Origin: Hydrocarboniphaga sp.
Lineage (GTDB): Bacteria > Pseudomonadota > Gammaproteobacteria > Nevskiales > Nevskiaceae
Length of the DNA: 52,543 bases
Assembly (NCBI GenBank): GCA_023254435.1
Contig: JALRLM010000116.1
Location: 1-52,543 of the forward strand
Direction of reading: 5' to 3'
Under the pieces are notes generated by a model. That model made no database searches and was not told the origin of the DNA. It saw nothing but the letters and a program-made list of their open reading frames with translations. Position numbers and translations under genes: made by a program. This document shows, piece after piece, positions 45,783 to 52,543 of the stretch; positions within the stretch are counted from its first letter, which is position 1; each line of letters starts with the position of its first letter.

Positions 45783-46094
45783 TCAGCGTGGTGTGTGGGC
45801 GACGGGCGCGGCTTCGGTCGTGGACAGCGAGGCCGACAGCGATGGGCGCGTGTCGTCACCGCCGTGCAGCGCGAACAGCAGCAGCGTGGCCAGCGCGAGC
45901 GGAATCAGCAGCAGGCGCAGCGACAGCAGCAGATCGCCGTCGTCGGCATCGGCGCTCGCCGGGGCGTTCGTCGCGCACGGGGCCGGGTGGGTTGCGGGGC
46001 CGAACTCGGGTCCGGATTCGGGCTGCGGCAAGGTAGTCTGGGAAGGCAACACGGTTAACCTCGTCATCCATGACGGCTGGATCGACCGATCCAT
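45783..46094 (-). CDS. Small hypothetical membrane protein
   Basis: GAGGA RBS; single hydrophobic helix LLLSLRLLLIPLALATLLLFAL. Confidence 0.5.
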   Translation of the reverse strand: MDRSIQPSWMTRLTVLPSQTTLPQPESGPEFGPATHPAPCATNAPASADADDGDLLLSLRLLLIPLALATLLLFALHGGDDTRPSLSASLSTTEAAPVAHTPR

Positions 46095-46292
46095 CGGCCT
46101 ATCCTCATGCTTGAATTGTGCCCATCGCAGTGGCCATTTTCTGTAACCCGCGTCGCAACTTTGGGTAAGCGACGAACGACAAGGCCAAGGCGATGGACGG
46201 TTCGTTCAACTCCGCCGCGACACCGGAGTGTCAGGGCCTGTCAGCCCTGGCACGCCAATGCCGCCGACAACTTGCAAGCGACTCGCGACGGT

Positions 46293-47858
46293 TTACGGCG
46301 CCGCCTTTTGCGGCAGGCTCATCTGCGCGATGCGCACTTGCGCAAGCCTGGCGGACGGCGGCGAACCGGCCGCTGAACTGCGCAAGGGTTCGTCGACGGA
46401 GCCGGCGCGCGCCGTGGTCGCGCGCGCGGCCTCGTCCTGCGTCCAGCCGCCGCCGAGTGCCTTGTACAGCGCGATCAGGTTAGTGCCGGTGCTGGTGCGC
46501 GCGGCCGACAGGCGATCCTGCGCTTCGAGCTGGGCGCGCTGGGCGTCGAGCACGTCGAGGAAGTCGCTGGCCCCGCCGTCGTAGCGGGCGCTGGCGAGTT
46601 CCACCGCGCGATCGCTGGCGGTGACGCTGTCGCGCAGGTAGTCGAGCTGCTGGCGCGAGCGGCTGTAGGACACCAGCGCGTTCTCGGTTTCTTCGAGCGC
46701 ACGCAGCACGGTCTGCTCGTAGCGGGCCAGGCTGCCGTCGCGCGCGGCCTCGGTCTGGTCGATGCGTGCGTTGACGCGGCCCAGGTCGAAGGCCGCCCAG
46801 CTGATGCCGGGGCCGTAGCTCCAGGTTTCGCTGGACGAGTGGCCGATGTCGCTCGGGTTGGCGGCCGCGAAGCCCACCTCGCCGCTGAAGGTCACGCGCG
46901 GGAACAGGTCGGCCGTGGCGACGCCGATCTGCGCGGTCGACGAGGCCAGCCGGCGTTCGGCGGCGCGCACGTCGGCGCGACGGCGCAGCAGGTCGGACGG
47001 CGTGCCGATGGCGGCCAGGCGCGGCAGCTCGGGCAGCGCGGCGACCGGGCGCAGCGCGCCCTGCAGCGCATCGGGCGTCTGGCCGGTCAGCACCGACAGC
47101 CGATGGATGCTGTTCTCGATCGTGGCTTCGAGCAGCGGCAGCGCCGACAGCGTGGTCGACAGCTGGGCCTGGGCGCGCGAGACGTCGAAGTCGGTGCCGC
47201 GGCCGGCGTCGAGCCTTGCCTTGGCAAGCTTCACGGTCTCGAGCTGGTTGTCGGCATTGCGCGCGGCGACGTCGCGGCGCTCCTGCGTGCCGCGCAGTTC
47301 GAAGTAGCTGCGCGCCACTTCGGCGGCGACGCTGACCTGGGCGTCGCTCAGCGTGGCCGCGAGCGCCTGCTCGTTGGCCGCGCTGGCCTGGTTGGCGCGA
47401 CGCACGCGACCGAAGAAGTCGAGTTCCCAGAAAGCATCGAAGCCGCCGCTGGTGATCTCGGTTTCGCGCAGGTCGCGATCGAAGCCGCGGAACTGGCCCT
47501 GCGAAGTCAGCGCCTGCGTGTAGCCGCCCTGCGCGGTGACCGTGGGCAGGTAGTCGAAGCGCGCTTCGCGACGCAGTGCGCGGGCCTGGTTCAGATTGGC
47601 CAGCGCGATCCGCAGGTCGTGGTTGGCCGCGAGAGACTTGTCGACCAGCGCGGTGAGCTGGGCGTCGCCGAACACGGTCCAGAATGCGGTGGCCGGCGCG
47701 GCGGTGCTGAACTCGTCGCGCTGCGCGGCGCCGCTGAAGCCGGCACTGGCCGCGCTTTTGGGCGCATCGGGTTCGCGATAGTCGGGGCCCACCGCGCAGG
47801 CCGCGAGCAGCGCGACCAGCATCGGAGCGAGAGTGAGTTTGAGAGCGTGAGTGTTCAT
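46293..47858 (-). CDS. NodT/OprN-family outer membrane efflux lipoprotein
   Basis: LAACAVGPDY, WELDFFG, LLRRRADV and LYKALGGGW motifs. Confidence 0.92.
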   Translation of the reverse strand: MNTHALKLTLAPMLVALLAACAVGPDYREPDAPKSAASAGFSGAAQRDEFSTAAPATAFWTVFGDAQLTALVDKSLAANHDLRIALANLNQARALRREARFDYLPTVTAQGGYTQALTSQGQFRGFDRDLRETEITSGGFDAFWELDFFGRVRRANQASAANEQALAATLSDAQVSVAAEVARSYFELRGTQERRDVAARNADNQLETVKLAKARLDAGRGTDFDVSRAQAQLSTTLSALPLLEATIENSIHRLSVLTGQTPDALQGALRPVAALPELPRLAAIGTPSDLLRRRADVRAAERRLASSTAQIGVATADLFPRVTFSGEVGFAAANPSDIGHSSSETWSYGPGISWAAFDLGRVNARIDQTEAARDGSLARYEQTVLRALEETENALVSYSRSRQQLDYLRDSVTASDRAVELASARYDGGASDFLDVLDAQRAQLEAQDRLSAARTSTGTNLIALYKALGGGWTQDEAARATTARAGSVDEPLRSSAAGSPPSARLAQVRIAQMSLPQKAAP

Positions 47859-48946
47859 GAGGCGGCTGCCGATGCGGCCAGGCGCGGATAGTCGTTGTAG
47901 CCGTGCGCGCCGGCGCTGTAGAGCGTGGAGAAATCGACCGGGTTCAGCTCGGCGCCCTGCGCCAGACGCGTGACCAGATCGGGATTGGAGATGAAGGGCT
48001 TGCCGTAGACGACGGCGTCGGCGCGGCCGCTGACGACATCGTCGTCGCCATCGGCGCCGCCGTAGCCGCCGTTGCGCAGCAGCGGCACGCTGCCGAGTTT
48101 CGCGCGGGCGATGTGCGCGAGTTCGAGCTCGGCGTCGAGCTTGTGATCGTTGTGGCGCAACTCGAAGAAGCCGACACCGCGACGCGCGAACTGCTCGGCC
48201 AGATAGGCGACCAGCGCCTGCGGATCGGAGTCGCGCATGTCGTTGTATTCCACCAGCGGCGAAATGCGCACGCCGACGCGGCCGGCGCCGAACACGTCGA
48301 TCATCGCGTCGGTGATTTCGAGCAGCAGGCGCGCGCGGTTCTCGAGCGATCCGCCGTACTCGTCGCTGCGATCGTTGGCACTGTCGCGCAGGAACTGGTC
48401 GATCAGGTAGCCGTGCGCGCCGTGCACCTGCACGGCGTCGAAGCCGGCGCGCTTGGCGTTCTGCGCGCCGATGCGAAAGGCATCGACGATGGCGGGAATC
48501 TCGTCACTGCGCAGTGCACGCGGCGCCACCTGCGGCACCACGCCCTGCGGCGTGCGGATGCCGTCGTCGCGGATCGCCCGATCCGTCGACGAGATCGACT
48601 CCGCGCCGTTGTTGAGGAAGGGATGCGTGGCGCGGCCCGGATGCCAGATCTGCAGCGCGATGAGACCGCCCTTGGCGTGCACCGCGTCGGTGATACGGCG
48701 CCAGCCGGCGACCTGCGCCTCGTCATAGATGCCGGGGTCGTCGCCGAAGGCCGAGGCCTCGGCCGACACGCTGGTGCAGTCGGTGATCAGCAGGCCGGCA
48801 TCGGCGCGGTCGGCGTAGTGCTGTGCCATCAGTTCGCTGGGCACGTGGCCGGGTTCGCAGCGCGTGCGCGTCATCGGCGACATCACGATGCGGTTGCGCA
48901 GCTGCAGATCGCCGAGGCGGGTGGGGGTGTGGAGCTTGAGCGTCAT
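47855..48946 (-). CDS. Old yellow enzyme alkene reductase (NemA-like)
   Basis: NRIVMSPMTR, HGAHGYLIDQF and NPDLV motifs. Confidence 0.92.
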   Translation of the reverse strand: MTLKLHTPTRLGDLQLRNRIVMSPMTRTRCEPGHVPSELMAQHYADRADAGLLITDCTSVSAEASAFGDDPGIYDEAQVAGWRRITDAVHAKGGLIALQIWHPGRATHPFLNNGAESISSTDRAIRDDGIRTPQGVVPQVAPRALRSDEIPAIVDAFRIGAQNAKRAGFDAVQVHGAHGYLIDQFLRDSANDRSDEYGGSLENRARLLLEITDAMIDVFGAGRVGVRISPLVEYNDMRDSDPQALVAYLAEQFARRGVGFFELRHNDHKLDAELELAHIARAKLGSVPLLRNGGYGGADGDDDVVSGRADAVVYGKPFISNPDLVTRLAQGAELNPVDFSTLYSAGAHGYNDYPRLAASAAAS

Positions 48947-48993
48947 GGGAATTCCTTGGTCGGGTCGAAAGCGGCGGGATGCTGCCCTGGTTT

Positions 48994-49719
48994 CTACCAG
49001 GGCAGGGTTTCGCCCAGATGCGAGAACGAGCCGCTGGGCCCTTCGCTACCGATCAGTGCCAGCTCGACGCTGGTCCTGGCGCCGGTGGGAATGTCGAGTT
49101 CGCCGCCGCCCTTGTTCATGTCCGACTTCACGTAGCCCGGGTGGATCGCGTTGACCTTGATCGCGGTGTCGCGCAGTTCGTAGGCCAGATGCAGCGTCCA
49201 GGCGTTGAGCGCGCTCTTGGAAACGTTGTAGGCCGAGATGTTCTTGAACGCGTCGAGCGCGCCCGGCGTGGCGTGCAGCGAGATCGAGCCCAGCACGCTC
49301 GACACGTTGACGATGCGTCCCGCGGGCGACTTGTGCAGCAGCGGCAGCAGGGCCTGCGTCAGCTCGATGACGCCGAACAGGTTGGTGTCGAACACCAGGC
49401 GCCAGTCCGACACCGACTGCTGGGAAGCGCTGCCGGGCGCATCGCCGAGAATGCCGGCGTTGTTGACCAGGATGTCGAGCCGGCCGTGCCTGCGCGCGAT
49501 CTCGTCCGCCGCGGCGACGATGCTGTTGCGGCTGCTGACGTCGAGTTCGACGGTTTCCACCGACAGGCCCTGCAGTTGCAGCTGCATGGCGGCTTCGACG
49601 CCCTGGCCGCGACGGCGCGAGCCGATGATCACATGCACGCCCTGCTGCGCGAGCTGGCGCGCGGTCTCCAGGCCGATGCTGCGGTTGCCACCGGTGACGA
49701 GTGCGATTTTCTGTTCCAT
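48994..49719 (-). CDS. Short-chain dehydrogenase/reductase
   Basis: Start MEQKIALVTGGNRSIG after AGGAG; NNAG and YNVSK motifs. Confidence 0.92.
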   Translation of the reverse strand: MEQKIALVTGGNRSIGLETARQLAQQGVHVIIGSRRRGQGVEAAMQLQLQGLSVETVELDVSSRNSIVAAADEIARRHGRLDILVNNAGILGDAPGSASQQSVSDWRLVFDTNLFGVIELTQALLPLLHKSPAGRIVNVSSVLGSISLHATPGALDAFKNISAYNVSKSALNAWTLHLAYELRDTAIKVNAIHPGYVKSDMNKGGGELDIPTGARTSVELALIGSEGPSGSFSHLGETLPW

Positions 49720-49756
49720 TGCAAACTCCTTGGATGAGGTTGGGTGTGCCGCGCGA

Positions 49757-52543
49757 TCAGCGCGGCAGCGCACCGTGGACGTTGGGCGGCAGGCTGGTGT
49801 TGACCGCGCGTGCCGGGCGGCGCGTGCTCCAGCGACGCACCACGAAGTAGAACAGCGGGGTGAAGAACAGGCCGAAGAAGGTCACGCCGATCATGCCGTA
49901 GAACACCGCGATGCCCATGGCCTTCTGGATCTCGGCACCGGCGCCGCTCGCCAGCACCAGCGGCAGCACGCCGAAGACGAAGGCGAAGCTGGTCATCAGG
50001 ATCGGACGCAGACGCAGGCGGCAGGCTTCGAGCGCGGCGTGGATGGTGCTGCGGCCCTGGGCTTCGAGCTCGCGTGCGAACTCCACGATCAGGATCGAGT
50101 TCTTGGCCGACAGGCCCACCAGCACGAACAGGCCGATCTGCGTGAAGATGTTGATCTCCGACTTCATCAGCAGAATGCCCAGCGCGGCCGACAGCAGACA
50201 CATCGGCACGATCAGGATCACCGCCAGCGGCAGCACCAGGCTTTCGTACTGCGCGGCCAGCACCAGGAACACCAGCAGCACCGACAGCGGGAACACCAGT
50301 CCCAGCGCGCCGCTGCCCTGCACCTGCTGATAGGTGATCTCGGTCCATTCCACCGACGCGGTCGGCGGCAGCACCTCGCGTGCGATCTGCTGGATCACTT
50401 CCAGCGCGCGCCCCGAGCTCACGCCCGGCGCCGGCGCACCGTTGATGTCGGCCGACGGATAGCCGTTGTAGCGCTGCACCGTGGTGGGGCCATAGCTGTC
50501 GCGCAGCTTCATCAGCGAACCCAGCGGCACCATATCGCCGGCGGCGTTGCGGGTCTGCAGCAGCAGCGCATCTTCGGGACGATCGCGGAAGCTTTCGTCG
50601 GCCTGCGCGATGACGCGGAAGGTGCGACCGAACTGGTTGAAGTCGTTGACGTAGTACGAACCCAGATAGGTCTGCAGGGTCTGGAACACGTCACCCAGGT
50701 CGACGCCCAGGCGCTTGGCCTGCACGCGATCGATGTCGGCGAACAGCTGCGGGGCGTTGACCTCGAAGTTGCCGAACAGGCCCACGAGTTCGGGCGACAG
50801 ACGCGCCTTGGCCAGCAGCTCCTGCGTCATGCCATAGAGCGCCTGCGAACCCTGGGCGGCGCGGTCTTCCACCTGCAGCTTGAAGCCGCCGGCGGGACCG
50901 AAGCCCTGGATTGGCGGCGGCGCCACCACGAACACCATGCCCTCGTCGATGGACTGCAGCTTCTGGTTGAGGCTCTGGGCGATGGCGTTGCCGGTCAGCT
51001 TCGGACCGCGGTTCTCGAAGCTGTCGAGCGTGAAGAACACCACGGCCGAGTTGGAGCTGCGCGTGAAGCCGTTGACCGACAGGCCCGGGAACTGCACGGC
51101 GTGGATCACGCCGGGCTCGTTGAGCGCGATGCTGGCCACTTTCTCGGCCGCGCGCTGGGTGCGCTCGATCGAGGCCGACGGCGGCAGCTGCACGATGCTG
51201 ATCAGATAGCCCTTGTCCTGCGTCGGCACGAAGCCGCTCGGCGTGGCGTTGAAGGCGACGCCGGCCAGCAGCACCAGGCCGCCGTAGACCACGACGCCGA
51301 TCACGCTGATGCGCAGCAGCTTGCGGATGCTGGCGTGATAGCCCGAGCTGGCGCGATCGAACAGCCTGTTGAACGGGCGGAACAGCCAGCCGAAGCTGCC
51401 GTCGATGAAGCGCTGCAGGCGATCGGGCTTGTCGTGATGGCCTTGCAGCAGCAGCGCGGCCAGCGCGGGCGACAGCGTCAGCGAGTTGAAGGCCGAGATC
51501 GTCGCGGCGAAGGCGATGGTCAGCGCGAACTGGCGATAGAACTGGCCGTTGAAGCCCGACACCAGCGCCGGCGGCACGAACACCGCGCAGAGCACCAGCG
51601 AGATGGCGATGATGGCGCCGCCGACTTCATCCATCGAGCGATGCGCGGCCTTGCGCGGCGACAGGCCTTCGCCGATGCCGCGCTCGACGTTCTCGACCAC
51701 CACGATGGCGTCGTCGACGACGATGCCGACCGCGAGCACCAGGCCGAACAGCGTCAGCGTGTTGATGGAGAAGCCGAACACCATGAGCGCCGCCAGCGTG
51801 CCGACGATGGACACCGGCACCGCGATGATCGGGATCAGCGCGGCGCGCCACTTCTGCAGGAACAGCATCACCACGATCACCACCAGCAGCGTCGCCTCGA
51901 CCAGCGTCTCGATGACCTTGTGGATGGAATCGCGCACGAACACGGTGGGGTCGTAGACGATGGAGTAGTCCACGCCCTGCGGGAAGCGCGTCTTGAGTTC
52001 GGCCATGGTCTTGCGGACGTTGTCGGCCAGCTCGAGCGCGTTGGCACCGGGCTGCAGGAAGATCGGCATCGCCACGGCGGACTTGTTGTCGAGCATGCTG
52101 CGCAGCGCGTATTCGCCGGCGCCCATCTCCAGGCGGGCGACGTCGCGCAGGCGCGTCACTTCGCCGTCGCTGCCGGTCTTGACCACGATGTCGCCGAACT
52201 GCTCCTCGGTCTGCAGGCGGCCCTGCGTGTTGACCGCGAGCTGGAACTCGGCTTCGCGCATCGGCGCACCGCCGACGCTGCCGGCGGCGACCTGCACGTT
52301 CTGCTCGCGCACGGCGGCGATAACGTCGCCCGTGGTCAGGCTGCGCGCGGCCAGCTTCTGCGGATCGAGCCACAGGCGCATGGCGTAGTCGCCCGAGCCG
52401 AAGATGCGCACGTCACCGGCGCCCGGCAGACGCGCCAGCGTGTCGCGCACCTGGATCACCGCGTAGTTGCGCAGGTAGAGGCCGTCGTAGCGCTGATCGG
52501 GCGAGAACAGATGCACGACCATGGTCAGGTCGGGCGAGCTCTT
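49757..52543 (-). CDS. RND efflux permease (HAE1, MexF/SmeW-like), N-terminus beyond the window
   Basis: GSGDYAMRLWLDP, GIVVDDAIVVVENVER, LTLSPAL and LRLRPILMTS motifs. Confidence 0.95.
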   Translation of the reverse strand, partial: KSSPDLTMVVHLFSPDQRYDGLYLRNYAVIQVRDTLARLPGAGDVRIFGSGDYAMRLWLDPQKLAARSLTTGDVIAAVREQNVQVAAGSVGGAPMREAEFQLAVNTQGRLQTEEQFGDIVVKTGSDGEVTRLRDVARLEMGAGEYALRSMLDNKSAVAMPIFLQPGANALELADNVRKTMAELKTRFPQGVDYSIVYDPTVFVRDSIHKVIETLVEATLLVVIVVMLFLQKWRAALIPIIAVPVSIVGTLAALMVFGFSINTLTLFGLVLAVGIVVDDAIVVVENVERGIGEGLSPRKAAHRSMDEVGGAIIAISLVLCAVFVPPALVSGFNGQFYRQFALTIAFAATISAFNSLTLSPALAALLLQGHHDKPDRLQRFIDGSFGWLFRPFNRLFDRASSGYHASIRKLLRISVIGVVVYGGLVLLAGVAFNATPSGFVPTQDKGYLISIVQLPPSASIERTQRAAEKVASIALNEPGVIHAVQFPGLSVNGFTRSSNSAVVFFTLDSFENRGPKLTGNAIAQSLNQKLQSIDEGMVFVVAPPPIQGFGPAGGFKLQVEDRAAQGSQALYGMTQELLAKARLSPELVGLFGNFEVNAPQLFADIDRVQAKRLGVDLGDVFQTLQTYLGSYYVNDFNQFGRTFRVIAQADESFRDRPEDALLLQTRNAAGDMVPLGSLMKLRDSYGPTTVQRYNGYPSADINGAPAPGVSSGRALEVIQQIAREVLPPTASVEWTEITYQQVQGSGALGLVFPLSVLLVFLVLAAQYESLVLPLAVILIVPMCLLSAALGILLMKSEINIFTQIGLFVLVGLSAKNSILIVEFARELEAQGRSTIHAALEACRLRLRPILMTSFAFVFGVLPLVLASGAGAEIQKAMGIAVFYGMIGVTFFGLFFTPLFYFVVRRWSTRRPARAVNTSLPPNVHGALPR

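Noticed and set aside
253-52388. Many long alternative-frame and antisense ORFs (e.g. 3871..5715+, 14362..16203-, 34984..37365+, 40954..43038+)
   Set aside because: Arg/Ala/Gly-rich shadow ORFs expected in high-GC DNA; they overlap genes with clear family motifs

Overview
High-GC proteobacterial chromosomal window with about 47 genes; its gene style suggests a Nevskiales/Xanthomonadales-like Gammaproteobacterium, but this is inference. (1) 1-3.3 kb: lactate permease tail, MFS, RluA-type pseudouridine synthase and bestrophin. (2) 3.4-31 kb: a large catabolic island of unknown substrate, apparently under one GntR regulator. It encodes two CoA ligases, two acyl-CoA dehydrogenases, a beta-oxidation set, an Ltp2-like aldolase/DUF35/MaoC module, a MaoC pair plus thioesterase, a haloacetate-dehalogenase-like hydrolase with a His->Leu change in the halide pocket, TauD and Rieske oxygenases, a class II aldolase, a DSD1-type PLP enzyme plus RidA, an OprB porin, two paralogous MFS and an internally duplicated protein of unknown function. 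A GTATAC motif recurs in its promoter regions. (3) 31-37.5 kb: two paralogous GH5 lipoproteins flanking dkgB, a lipoprotein and a TetA-like MFS. (4) 37.6-39.6 kb: an AT-richer patch in which two small genes follow degenerate integron attC-like sites, with no integrase in the window. (5) 39.6-52.5 kb: MarR-OMF-EmrAB efflux operon, DNA topoisomerase IB, and an RND efflux operon with an embedded SDR and old-yellow-enzyme reductase. No rRNA, tRNA or CRISPR array was recognised.
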